58,254 bases of DNA, from contig UYFQ01000055.1 in the NCBI GenBank assembly GCA_900617105.1, positions 1 to 58,254 of the forward strand, given 5' to 3'. Source of the DNA: Hydrurus foetidus (taxonomy: Eukaryota). A program made the translations under genes and the position numbers. Positions 20,263 to 33,095 of the stretch are shown here, piece after piece. Position 1 is the stretch's first letter. Each line of letters opens with the position of its first letter. The notes below the pieces were generated by a model. That model was not told the origin of the DNA, made no database searches, and worked only from the letters and a program-made list of their open reading frames with translations.

Positions 20263-23125
20263 CGAGGCTGGTGGCTGGTCGATTTCCTCAGCCTCAAAGT
20301 GTAAGAAGTCACCTATATCAAATTGTGAGCGTCACTGCGAATATGAATGAGGACGCCGTTGACTTTCGCTGCGAGGAAGACCTCTGTCCTCAATTTTTTG
20401 CCGACAGATGCGAACTCTGTTTCAAGTCATTCTGTGAAAATTGTATATCTTCCCACAGCTGCCAGGGACAGTCATCAGCTTCTTCATCGGCTACAAGCGT
20501 CCAGGCTCCGACCCCAGCCCGAGAAGAGAGAAGTTCAACAGATTTAGGAGTCAAGAGGAGTCGAACGAATGCTGCTTTTCAGCAAAGCAAGAAAATTTCC
20601 ATAATGAAATTGTTGACAACAACCAAAAAATTTACGTACGACCTCAAAGACCTTAGGATTCATCCAACAAAATTTCCGCTATACAAAGAGGCAAGGGCAT
20701 CGAGTAGATCCCAATCATGGGTCTGGGATCACTACATGAGCATCAACACTAACATCAGCAAATGCGGAGATGAAAGGGTGTGGGGTAGAGACAATAAATC
20801 GTGTAACTTGTGCCATTCAGCTGCGGTCGAAGATCCAACCCTTAAATGGGCTGTATGCTATGGGGAGGCGAGGAGTACAGGACATCTTGCTCGTCACTTG
20901 GATACCTATCATCCAGAAATCGTGGAGAATCACAACAAGGGCGAAGCTGCCATTGCAAAAGCTGGAAATCTTGAAAAGTATCTGTCAACCACCGTCAGCT
21001 ATGAGGAAAAGTTCATGGAGTGGATTGTTGACACGTACCAGCCGCTCAGTACATGCGAAAGCGAATCATTTCGGGATATGATGCGATCCGTCAACAAAAA
21101 CTGCCCAAATCTCGATAGACATTCGATCATGTCAAAATTGAAACAGCGTGAACAGAGCGTCAAGTTATTGATGAAAAACGTGCTCCAGGACGAAGATGTA
21201 AGCATCACTCTTGATCACTGGACCAGCTCAGCGAATGTAAATTATGTGGCACAGACGGCCCACTTTATCGACGGCGACTTTAAATTGACGAAGCTTACGT
21301 TAGCCTGTACACAGCATAAAGGATCATCGACTGGTGCAGATTCTAAGCAGGTAACATCACACTCGTCAGACACAATCATAGTGTATTGAATTCATCTAAG
21401 TGTCTAATTCAATCGTTATTCCAGATGTTCGAAAAAATCTGTGCTGACTACGATGTGCCGCTCGATCGAGTAGTCGCTGTTGTCACTGATTCTGCAAGGG
21501 ACATGAATCTAATGGGTAGACTTATCACCACAGAGCACACCGCACATCACAATTGCCTCGACCACTGTTTGAGTAAGTTCGCTTCCACGAAAGAATTGGA
21601 CTCTTTAGGAACGCTGAGCCGAGTTTGATTTTTTCAATTTTATCTGCACCCCTCACAGACTTGTGCACTAAGATGGCGTTTAGCGACAACGAGAACAGCG
21701 AGAAGACAATGAAAGCTTGCCGGGATCTCGTCGGATACTTTACGGGATCATGCCAGGCCAACGAGGCGCTCTTGAAGCTGCAAAATAATGATCCCGTTGG
21801 AATGGTTCAAGACGTCGTCACAAGATGGTGGAGTACGTTGGCGATGTTGATGAGACTCCTACGTTTGAGACCACAGCTTGCATACATGGTTGCAGAAAAT
21901 ATGTTGAGCAAGGATGTCAACCTTACTGGGCAGCAATGGCGTACTGTGGAACAGATTACAAAAGTCCTCATTCCATTTAAGGAGGTCCAGATCTTGATGG
22001 AAGGCGAGAAGTATGTGACAAGCAGCTTAATACCTGGACTAATTAGCCTTGTGAGAAAGGGACTCCAGGATGCGTTGAGCGACTGCAACAATCTACAATG
22101 CGTGACCGATCTCGCAGCAAAAATGATGAAAAAGTTCGAGGAAGATTTTGGTACTGGCGATATTGACACAGTATTTAGAGAACATCAAAGTTTAGGAGTG
22201 AATAACAGGCTGAAGGGTTTCCCTTTGAAAGTAATGATGTGTGCAGCACTTGATCCACGGACTAAGAATCTCACAGGAATTCCGAAAGGAGGAGACAGAG
22301 ATGATGTATGGGAATCAATACGCGAGATGCTATTTAGGAATTGGCGAAATGAACAGGAGAGGACCAGAAAATCCCCCACAGTTACCGTAAGGTCACTCCC
22401 TCGTGATACCAGTATTCCTGACTTATGGGCCTCTGACGATGAATGTGATGTGCCAGCTGACGATCAAGAGGATCTCAAAATGCATCAGAGAATTGATTAC
22501 GAGATAAATGAGTATAAAAAAGCAGCAAGATTGGAAATGAGAGTGTCGAAGTTTGACGGTTCCTTAGGTGGTTTCACAAATCCCTTGGTTTGGTGGAAGG
22601 ACAACTGTCTTGCGTACCCTCTCTTGAGTCGGCTAGCGAGAAAATTACTCTGTATTCCTGCTACATCGGCACCGTCAGAGAGAGTTTTCTCTGTCGCTGG
22701 TTTGACCATCTCGAATCTGAGATCGAGGCTGCGCCCCGATAATGCAGCGTGTCTGGTCTTCTTGAAAGAAAACTGGAAAGTGTCAAAGACCTTGACTGTA
22801 AAGTAATGTCTACAATGATGAGTGACATGTCGACTGTGTGGATTCACTTATAAATAATGCGCAATAAATACTAAATACTCGAACATTTCATTAACTCATT
22901 ATCAGCACAATTAATTACCAATGAGCGCCATCTTAAATTTGTTGGCAAGCAGCGGTGAAGATGAAGAACGTCGTCGACACAAACTCGAGCAGCGACTTTT
23001 ACTGCTACCGGCTGCGGGCTGATGAATCTCATGACTTTCAGCCGCTGACAGCCCGGGCTACGGGCTGTGTCTTCAAAATGGCACACCGGCTGCGGGCTAC
23101 GAAAGTCGATCAGCCCCCATCCCTA
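20262..23125 (+). mobile_element. hAT DNA transposon
   Basis: Right end …GTCGATCAGCCCCCATCCCTA (TAGGG-type TIR), subterminal ACCGGCTGCGGGCT repeats, degenerate TIR-like sequence at ~20262-20293. Confidence 0.8.
20343..22806 (+). CDS. hAT transposase, 3 exons (introns 21351-21424 and 21573-21658)
   Basis: BED finger SWVWDHY…CNLC…LARHLDTYH; LDHWTS; VTDSA; splicing restores CLDHCLNL; TRWWST; PATSAPSERVFS dimerization motif. Confidence 0.9.
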
Positions 23126-23992
23126 GCAAATATAGTTTCAAATATATACATGTACGTTATGCGACACGTACGTACGTAAGTACACATGCAGATATGATAA
23201 CATGCACACGTACACACGTACTTACACATGTTAGTGCATACTCATTTATACATACGTACACACATGTACTTACGCATGTACGTACATAGTCAATATGTAC
23301 GTACGTACGTACGCACGCATGTAGCATAGCGTACACTTGTATGGTCACGTACACACGTACATACGTACGTGCACATGTTAGTACATATTATTATATGCAT
23401 ACGTACACACACGTACTTACACATGTATGTATATATATAATATGTACGAATGTACGATCGTCAATAGCGTAGTACATAGATGTATAGGCGTACATACGTA
23501 AGTACCACTGTACTTACGCATGTACGTTCTTATACATACACATGCATACGTACTCCTATAATATCGCCATATAGCAGTTAGTACTCACGCATGTACGTTC
23601 ATATACATATACACGCATACGTACCCCTGTACTATCGCCATGTATCAGTTAGTACGAACCCTCTGACCTCACGCAAATGAACGTTCGCCTTTCATGATTC
23701 TTCAGTATCGCCAAAACACTTCGTTACTATAAGCATTCATGCTACGTTCCTCAAGCACATGCTATGAACAACACATCTCGCTGTGAACTTTGTCTCAAGG
23801 TAGTTCTCACTGTCATGAACTGTTCTGATAGCTCTTTTGCGTGGCTATCTGTAAACTCTAATCAGAATTTAATACGTTGTACTTCACAGCTTCGTCTACT
23901 CGATAGCTCACTGAATTGAGACAGTAGCCTGCAGCTGCTTCTCCACTTTCGCTGCGAACGCTAGAAGGTGACATCTTGTATTTAGTCTTACA
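23126..23992 (+). repeat. Copia-A LTR remainder after hAT
   Basis: Resumes at GCAAATATAG (LTR position ~47), ends TCTTACA. Confidence 0.92.
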
Positions 23993-26900
23993 CACCTCTT
24001 TGAGAGGATCGGTAATAAAAAGCGGATATTTACGGAGTGATGGATTTAACCGCGGGTTACCACCAAGCACCTCTGTACACACCCCACCGAGTCTATACCG
24101 TATTTATATGTTTCATGGGGGTGTTTCAGTTCACGAGATTGCCTTTTGGCCCTTGTCGAGCCCCCTCTTACTTTCAAGAGCAGATGGCCACAACGGTCCT
24201 TTACGGTCTTATATACAGCTGTTGCGAGATGTATCTCGATGACTGTATCGTATATGGCCGGGGCGAAGCAGAGTTTCTCAAGAATCTGCGCAGCGTTTTT
24301 GAAAGATTTCGACTTAAAAATCTTAAGCTCAAAGCAAAGAAATGCAGATTCGGTCTCAAACGTATCGAATACGTGGGACGAGTCATAGACAAAGATGGTT
24401 TATCCATGTCTAAAGAAAAGATTGAGACAGTACTCAACTTCCCTCTTCCTAAAGAAGTAACATCCCTTCGTGGATTTCTTGGCTTAGCCAACTATTTTCG
24501 TCAATTTGTACCGTTTCATTCGGACATGGTCAAACCACTTCAAATGATGGTGGACCCAAAGGCACTTAAACGTTCCCCATATATTGGACCCCCGAGGGGA
24601 CTTTAGCATTTAATGAGACTAAAATCGCGGTATCGCGTTGTCCTTTAATGTACTTCATCAATGATGATTCACCCATCAGATTATATACTGATGCATCCGA
24701 CTATGGCATCGGTGGTGTACTCTTCCAAATTGTCGACACCGTGTGGAGACCAATTGCCTTCATCAGCAAATCTCTCGGCAACACAAATTAATTGGTCGAC
24801 AATACAGAAAGAAGCTTATGCTATCTTTTTCTGTTGCCAACAACTCGATTATCTCATTCGAGACCGTAAGTTCACTATTCATACTGACCATATGAATTTG
24901 ACATATGAAACAAAACCCTACCTCAATGGTAACACGGTGGTTCATTGCAATGCAAGAACTTGATTTTACCGTACACTTTGTCAAGGGACAGATAATGAAC
25001 TTGCCGATGCTCTGTCACGGTTATGTCCAAACCTTACCGAAATTGCTCTGCCTAAGACAATCAGGTCCGAGGGTGATACTCCACCATCATCTTCTTCATC
25101 GTCATCTTCTGCAGTTTCGGCTTTAACGGTTATTGAACCGCCGACAGATGAACAGAATGTTTACATTCAAATGTGCCACAATGCAATTGTTGGTCACAAC
25201 GGCGTCGACCGTACCCTCACTCGACTCTTTAGTCTTAACCACGTGTGGAAAATATGAAACAGCACGTACGCTCGTTCATACGAAACTGCCCATGCTGTCA
25301 GAAATTGAGCGCAGTTGATACAAAATCAGCGCTGCTCATTTTTCAACTTCAACACATGCTATTTTCGATACATTAAATATCGATTATATTGGCCCATTCC
25401 CTGATAAAGGGTATATCCTTGTCATAATCGACACCTTCTCCAGATGGACAGAAATGTTCTGGTGTAAGGATGCTACGGCTCAGTCTGCATGTGAATGCTT
25501 ACTGACTCATTTTGGTCGATTCGGATCGCCAAATATGATTAGATCCGATCGAGGATCCCACTTCGCTAATGATCTCATTAAAGAGTTCTTAGACCTTACA
25601 GGGACACCCCATAATCTCACTGCAACTTCCTCACAAGAGAATGCCATTGTAGAAAGGGTCAACAAAGAAGTGAATAGACACTTACGCGGTCTCGTGTTTG
25701 ATACACCATCTCTTGAACACTATGCTAAATGCATACCATTCGTTCAACGTATCATTAACAGTTCAGTTAATCGACGAACAAATGCAAGTCCTGCTTCGAT
25801 TTTATTCGGCAATAAACTTGATTTGAATCGGGGTATTTTAACACCTCATCTATTACCAACGTTGACATCTTCGAATTCAACATACATCACAGATCTCATC
25901 GACATACAGGACAAGGTCCTCGATGCAGCAATCGGTTCTCTTCAGAAATGTGATGACAAACACAAAAAGTCCACACAAGGTGTGACAGTGTTCCCATAGG
26001 GTCATATGTTCTTGTAAGACAGGAACACCCTCCTACTCGATTACACACAAAGTGGAAAGGTCCTTTCCGTGTTGTCTCCCTTGAGGGATCCGAGTATGTT
26101 CTCGCGAACTTAATTACACATAAGCACAATAGTGTACATGTAAGAATCTTAAGATTTTCAATTATGACCCATCGATGGGCATACCTGCTGATACAGCACG
26201 TCGCGATTACATGGAGTATTTCGTTGAGAAAGTTCTTAGTCACACTGGTGATTCAAAGAAACCGACATCCATGTCGTTCCATGTTAAATGGCTCAACTAT
26301 GATAACTCACATAATACATGGGAGCCTTGGAAGAATCTCCGGCTCTGTGATGCACTCCATGTATACTTGCGGAATAATAACATGTCACGTTTTATTCCCA
26401 AGAATCTTGAGGGATCAACCGATGAGGTTTGAGTTCGAACGTATTATCTTTTGAAGATTTTTTAGCCTAATTTTTTTCCCTTTTCTAAGGGATTTTTATG
26501 GGTTTTTTTAGTCAGTAAAAATCTGACATAATTACGTTTTCGACCCTCGTACAACAGTACTTTACTGTTTTTGTACAACCCCACCTTATCTTTCGACATC
26601 GAACCCCTCTTCTCCACAACTTTTCTTTTGTAAATATTTTTATATGTTTACATTTATTATTATTTTTTTCAAATTTTCGATTTTGTAAATTTGTCAATAT
26701 TTTTCTTTTTCATTTTAAGTTGCATATTAAGTTTTACAAAGAAACGGGGGTTTCGATTTAGTTTAGATTTAGCTTAGATTTTTTTTTCGAAAGAAAGGAA
26801 GATAAGTGGGGGTAATATGATAGTACCGGGTCCAGGGTCCCGATCCTACCGGGTACCGACTCTACCGGAACCTACCGGGTACTATTACTGTACACTACAG

Positions 26901-27023
26901 TTAAGCTGTAGTATCGTCGTAGCCTTCTGCAGCGTCCACTTAGAAGTTAACGAGCTTCTAGCCTAGCGCCTTGTAACTAAGCCTACCACTCCTCGACCCC
27001 TTTCTGCATCTCTCCCGACCACA
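23993..27023 (+). mobile_element. pol: Gypsy-2 chromovirus 3' half (RT-RH-IN-chromodomain, frameshifted) with PPT and probable 3' LTR 26816-27023
   Basis: MDLTAGYHQ, YLDD, SDRG, ERVN, YFVEKVLSH…VKW…TWEPW; GATAAGTGGGGGTAA PPT. Confidence 0.88.
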
Positions 27024-28668
27024 GCATACAAACCTTTCCATGTATTGAACATCGATTTCATCGGACCCTTCCCCGATGCCTCACACGTTCTTGTCATCAT
27101 CTGTGCTTTCACACGATGGACAGAACTCTTTGGGTGCTGATAATACGGCCAAATCGGCTACCGATTGCCTTATCCAACACTTTGGCAGATACGGTGCACC
27201 CCAAATGATCAGATCTAATCGGGGTTCACATTTTGCTATTGAATTGATCAAACAATTCCTAGTGTCAACGGATACACCCCACAACCTGACACTAGCATAC
27301 TCTAAACAAGAGAATGCTATAGTTGAACGAGTTAATGAAGAGATTAACCGGTACTTACGTTCGTTCCTGTATGATACAAACAACGTGTACCAGTATAAAA
27401 ACTGCTTACCGTTTATACAGCGCATTTTGAATTCTTCAATTCACAGCAGTACCAATGCCTCCCCAGCAAGTTTATTGTTTGGTAACCAAATCAATCTTGA
27501 TTCAGGCATACTTTCACCATTCCCACAATTACCGGATGTGGAAACTTCCGCATCGAAAGTGATCTGTGAGATGTATAACATCCAGGACACCCTGATTGCC
27601 CAAGCACAAACTGCTTTGCGCACAATGGGCGCGGCTCATATTGCCACAAGTCCACAGGATATAACGGTTTTTCCCGTAGGTTCATATGTGTTGGCTAGAT
27701 ACACCACACCCGCCCACACGTTTACACACGTTGTGGCGGGGACCGTTTCAAGTGGTATCGATCCACAACTCTGATTATACGTTGTTAGATATAACTACGA
27801 AGAAACTTAAACATCTTTATATTAGTAATCTTAAACAATTTGTTTTCAATCCGAAACATACGGATCCTGCTGATGTAGCACGCCGCGATTATATGGAATA
27901 CTTTATTGAATCCATTCTTCAGCACCAGGGCAATTCCAGACGCAAAACCCAAATGCAGTTACTAGTCAAATGGACTGACTTTGATGACTCACACAATACG
28001 TGGGAGTCGTGGAAGAATCTTCGTCTTACAGACGCTCTTCACACATATTTACGCCTTCACGGCATGTCGAAAATAATTCCGACAGAAAAGTAAGTTCCCC
28101 AGGAACGACCTACACATTATCTTTTGAAGATTCCTCCTCATTTTTACAACTTTAAGTTGCTTTTCAGGAGGTTTAGTCAGTAAAAATCTGACACAAATGT
28201 GTAGGGGAACACTTAGATACAACACATCTAGGCACTCTCGTTTCTCACTTTCCTCATCTCTCACATGTACAAATATCTGTATTTATCGTACGTATTTATT
28301 TCTGTATTTTTTTATCTTTTTTTATTATTGTCTTTTTCTTTATTTTTCTCTCACACGCTTGAGTCGTATTTGTTTTGTCACACATTGTAGCTAGAGACTC
28401 ACCAATAGAGAGAGAGGGAGAGGGAGAGAGAAATGAGAAAACGAGAGATAAGTAGGGGTAGTGTGGCTCCCTCAGGGTCTGCTACCCCATTCAGCCGATT
28501 AAATGCTGTTTCCACCGTAGTACCTTCGTGTTCACAGCCACGACTATCAGTCACTAGCTAGTTTGTGCTGCTTTGCAGAAGTTACTAGCGTACCTTCTGC
28601 TTTCCCCCTAACTAACAAGCTTCTTTTAGCCTTTAGACTTCCCTTCTCTTTCGCCCTCCAAGGTCACA
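27024..28668 (+). mobile_element. pol: Gypsy-3 chromovirus integrase-chromodomain fragment with PPT and 3' LTR 28462-28668
   Basis: IDFIGP, FGRYGAP, ERVN, YFIESILQH…VKW…TWE; GATAAGTAGGGGTAG then TGTG…CACA (207 bp). Confidence 0.88.
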
Positions 28669-31600
28669 GGTGCGTGAAAGAGCGTGGGTAGAGAGGGTGA
28701 GAGGGCTGGTGGTAATAGATCCATGCCTGCCTTGGTAAGGAACGTTTTGATGTGGGCGCCGTAGTCGAGTGTAATAGAATGGTCAGAGTGACTGGTCACG
28801 GTAATACCGCAGATAGAGGTACAGTGGTCGTTGAAGGTTATTGGGCCGTAACGCTTTTTGAGGAGTGTCTTGTATTCGGTTAGAAGTGAGGGTGACGTTG
28901 AGAGGTAGAAGCCGTCGTCTACGTGTAGGTTGATTGTGAGTGAGTTGAGCGGGTTGATGGCGCAGACCTTGCGGTAAGTGTGGTGGTCGGAGTTGGTCGG
29001 GTGGAATCCAGCAGCGATGTGAAGTGCAGTGAGCTCTGTATCGAAAACGTGATTGGATTGTTTGAGGCCGTAACAGGCACCGATGATTCCGGCTGTTTTG
29101 CCAGCGAGAGTGCGATCTGGGAGGTCTTTGGGTAGGATGGTTAGGAGTTGATAACCGCCAGTATGCGAGCGAGGGAGGGAGCTCTGGAGGAAGGCGGCGG
29201 TCATGTCGTATGACCCGATGATTAGTTGAGGGAGGATGTTCCGGTGGGCGGCGTCGGCTAGGGTGACGGCGACAATGAATGAACGGTTTGTGACGTCGGA
29301 TGTGCCTGCAAAAGTGTTGGTGTAGGGGTCCGAGGGCTGGTGGGAGCCATCGATGGCGAGGCGGGCAGTGACGAAGCGGGATTCTTTTTGTTTGATAAAC
29401 ATGGAGCTGCGGAGGAAGGCGTGTCGAGCCTCTAAGGCATCTTGTGAGTGGAGGAGGCGAAGACTAGCGTATTTGGTGAATTGTTTGTGTGTTTCTTTGT
29501 CTATTGCTGCGGCAACGTTGGGTGCGGGTAAAGTACGAGATGCGCGGGCGATGGACATTTCTGTACGCTGAGTGGCTGTTGGGGTAGGGATAAGGGAGAT
29601 GGGGAGGTTGTTGAGGGAAGAGGGGTGCTAGGCATTGAAGAGTCTGTTGCGCAGAGCAGCTGTGCGAGTGTTTGCGAGTTTGGTGATTTGGGATTGGGGG
29701 TGCGCGATCAGACTAGAACCGTACCAGTGACCGGGGGGTAGGGGGTTAGCAGCAATACGAACGGATTTTCTGGGAGCTTGCTGTTGTGATGGCGATGGCG
29801 GAGGAGGTGGGGAGTTTGGGGGTGTAGTGGGAGTGGGGGTAGGCTGGGCGTAGATGGGTCTGAAGTGAAGGTGGGTGGCTTGGTGTGTGTTGGTGGTGGC
29901 GGTGGTGGAGGAGTGGGTGTGGCCGATGGCAGGAGGTATGTTGGCGGAGGGGCAATGGGACGGGGAGGCTGGGGGGTTGAAGGTTGGTTGGAGTGGGGAA
30001 GGTATGGATGGAATCAAGGAAGGTGACGGGATAAAGGCTGATCGGTGGTGATGCGGTGGGAGTTTGGGAGTTGAGGTGGATGGTTTGTGGTGGACCTGAT
30101 GGGTGGGAGGATAAGGGGTAGGGAGGGGATGGGTGCATTTGTTGGGCGGGGGATAGTGGGCTGTGATGGTGCGGGGGACAGCGGGTCAGGGGGCAAAGGA
30201 ACATGGATCGTGTGGTCTTTGGCGGTCCAATCGAACGGGACGTAGGTGGGGGGCAAAACCAGATATGCGCGACGTGGTACAATGCGGCCGTTAGCCAGCA
30301 CAAACTGGGCGTGGCCAGTGATTGGGTTAGGGCCTAGGCAGACTCCTAGTTCGGTTTTGGGTTCGGTTGCTGCTGTAGTATTGTGCTGTCGGGCGTTTGC
30401 TTGGCGTTTGTCAATGTGCTGAACGACGAGGGCAGTAGTCCCGAAGAGTAGAGGAATGGTACGAATCTTTGTGCTACGAACGAGTTCATTGGGTGTATGG
30501 GGGTGACTCTTGGTTGAAATGAGGGAGTTGCGGGTAGCGGCTGCGGCTTGGTGGCGGTAAAGGTAAGAACGGGTAGCGAGATTGTACGGGAGGGGTGAGA
30601 GCATAGCGTTGGAGATACCCCGGATAGTTTGGATGTAGCGCTCAACGAGGTGGGCGTGGTTGCCGGGAAGGGAGTTAGAGAGATGGATGTCGAGGGAGCC
30701 GAGAGGGGTAGAGAGGGAGTTGTTAATATTTTCCGAGTCGCTGTGCATAGATGTGACTTTGTGGCCGTGGGCGTTGTAGATGGTGGTGATGACTGAATGG
30801 ATAGATTTGAAAATGTGGGTGGTGGCTTTTGAGAAAGCTCCGACTACGGAGATGTAGTCTGAGTGTTCGTCGACGATGATGACCTCGTGGCTGAATCCAC
30901 CAGGTGACGGCTGGGGCAGTTGTTGAGGATCGAACGACAAGGTCTGTCCGATGGTGGTTGTGGGTGCATAGGTTTGGGTTAGAGGGAGATCGGTATTTTC
31001 CTGCGGCGCAATGGACGCAGTGGCCGCGGAGAATTCGGTTGAGTAGGATGTCGGATGGGACGAGAGGAGTAGGAATTTTACCAGAGGAAATACAGAGGGA
31101 GAGGATGGCGTCCGAGGGATGTCCTAACGCACGGTGGAGAGCCTCGGCTTGGTTAGCTCGATGTCGCTGTTCCCCGGTTATGTGGGGGAGAACGGGAGGA
31201 AGTGAAGTGAGTAGATAAGATGTAGGAGTATTTGGAGGTTGATAGTGGGTGGGGTTGTTAAGGGCGGCGACGCGTAATGCAGTGAAATTGATTGGGAGAA
31301 GATTATTAGAGTTGATAGCGACATTGTTAAGAAGGAATCCTGTTGTTGATGAATTGATAATGCTGTGGGTAAGGGGTCGGGTGGGATCAGGGCAGTAGTG
31401 TGCCCCACATTTTTGCATGTAACATAAACTCAGAAGGGTGGTGGGGATAGTTGGGGCAAGGAATGCAGCATTCATATTTTTAGTGTTTGGTAGGTAGGTG
31501 AGGTATCCTGAGTGAGTTACTGGGCAAGATCCGCTCACGCCGCCTAACGAGAAAGGGGATAAGAGTGGTTGGATGTTATATAGGTCAGATGCGTGGGGTG

Positions 31601-31739
31601 TGACGTTGAGGCTACATCCGGTGTCCCAGAATCCTGAGTGTTTGTTTGCTGGTAGGTTAGCTAAGTACGAGAGTTGGTCAGTAGTAGGTATAGGGTCGGG
31701 TTCTGAAGGGATGGGTAGAGGGGCCGAGTCCCCTATGAC
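28669..31739 (-). pseudogene. pol: Copia-B pol (PR-IN-RT, frameshifted)
   Basis: Motifs spread over ORFs 30723-31538, 30014-30940 and 28626-29558. Confidence 0.85.
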
Positions 31740-32753
31740 CTAGGTTTCAGTTTTAAGAGTCTCCTCAAAGGCGGTGTCTGTGAGTTGCATGAGGAGGTTG
31801 ATGGAGGTGGGAGATCCAGGGGTAGCGGCTTCAGCTTGAGCGAGTAGGGATTTCATGTTGTTATAGACGGAGGGAGTGGAAGTGGGATGACGGTTAGCTG
31901 GATTAAGGCCACAGGAAAGGATAGTATGTGAACTAGTCTTGGGTTTCTTTGGGTAACGCTTATGACAGTGGATACAAAATACTGATGGTGCAGGTGTGTT
32001 TTTGTTGGGGGGAGGCTGAACGGCGAGGTATGCCGAGGCTTGGGTTGATGGGGTATCAGAGAGGTGCAAGAGGGCGCTGGATTTTTCCCAGTTTAGGAGG
32101 GTTGTGGCTAATGCAGCTGGATCCGTGAATCTAGCGTCAGGGTTGGCTGCTAAAAGGGTGTTGATTGGGAGGTTGTAGAGTCCGTTGCTAGGAATACCAG
32201 TGAGTAGAGCGAAGCAGTGAAGTTGAGCTACGGAAACCATGTCGGAGTTTGTGAGACTACCGAAATCTACTTTGAATTGTTCAAAGTCGGAAGCCATGGT
32301 TTGAATATATTCGCTCAGTGTTTTGTCGCCTTGGTGCGAGTTGAGAAGCTGTCTTGTTCGCAGGAGTTTGGTGGATGCGTTGCCTGTAGAGTGTATGGTG
32401 GTTAGTATTGTCCAGCAACTGAACGATTTGAGGCCAAGGTTAGCGGCTCTGAAGGTTGGGTAAGTTGGATGAGTTTCTAAAGCAAGATGTGATTCAGAGG
32501 ACATGTTGGAGAAGAGATAGGTGAGTAAATCATTATCATCTTTCTCGTCAATCTTTATTTGTGCGAGCGTACGCGTTATCGCGTCGCGCAACATGTTGTA
32601 TCCGAAAGGGGACAATTCGAGTTCGAGTGCTGGGGTGCCGGCTGTAACTTGGGCGGCCGTAGGTAGAAGTCTGTGAAAGACTGGAGCCCAAGTGATGGTG
32701 ACATCATTTTGTGTAGGGAGTGCCCATGATGACAGAGTTACCAATGCGGCCAT
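31740..32753 (-). CDS. gag: Copia-B gag
   Basis: ORF after the LTR; CIHC…H…C knuckle-like motif; ends in TAG in frame with protease. Confidence 0.75.
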   Translation of the reverse strand: MAALVTLSSWALPTQNDVTITWAPVFHRLLPTAAQVTAGTPALELELSPFGYNMLRDAITRTLAQIKIDEKDDNDLLTYLFSNMSSESHLALETHPTYPTFRAANLGLKSFSCWTILTTIHSTGNASTKLLRTRQLLNSHQGDKTLSEYIQTMASDFEQFKVDFGSLTNSDMVSVAQLHCFALLTGIPSNGLYNLPINTLLAANPDARFTDPAALATTLLNWEKSSALLHLSDTPSTQASAYLAVQPPPNKNTPAPSVFCIHCHKRYPKKPKTSSHTILSCGLNPANRHPTSTPSVYNNMKSLLAQAEAATPGSPTSINLLMQLTDTAFEETLKTET

Positions 32754-33095
32754 ACGATGTTTGAAGCAGCCGAAAGGTCTGCTTTTTGAAGGGTGTCCAA
32801 TTGGAAGAAGTCGAATCCAAGACGATTGTTGGCGCGCTACTTGCGGAGAAAGTAGCTAACATGGCTATAAGTAAATGTTGGGAGAAGGAGGAAATCCAGA
32901 GAACAACGGAGTATTTACTTATAAGCCTGGGTGCGCTAGAATGTGGCTAGCTATCGAGTATGGTTGAGTAGCTAGTCATTTGCTGTGCTGTGTGACACTG
33001 GAGTAACTAGTAACGCTATTATTGACCCGAGTGAATTGATGTTTTAACGGCTTGTAGTGACGTGCGTGAATATTTAAGTACATGATAATGTAACA

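Larger units (their letters stand above)
11956..23992 (+). mobile_element. Copia-A copy 2, full-length coding region; 3' LTR interrupted by hAT
   Basis: 5' LTR, PBS, gag-PR, IN-RT-RH, PPT, LTR pieces at 19650-~20260 and 23126-23992. Confidence 0.9.
28669..33095 (-). mobile_element. Copia-B (5' LTR 32876-33095; truncated in RT by a Gypsy LTR)
   Basis: gag-PR(WDTGCS)-IN(HRALGH…CVHC, VDEHS, HSDSE, VER)-RT(TARL, YGLKQS, HVDD) order; LTR TGTTA…CAACA. Confidence 0.88.
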
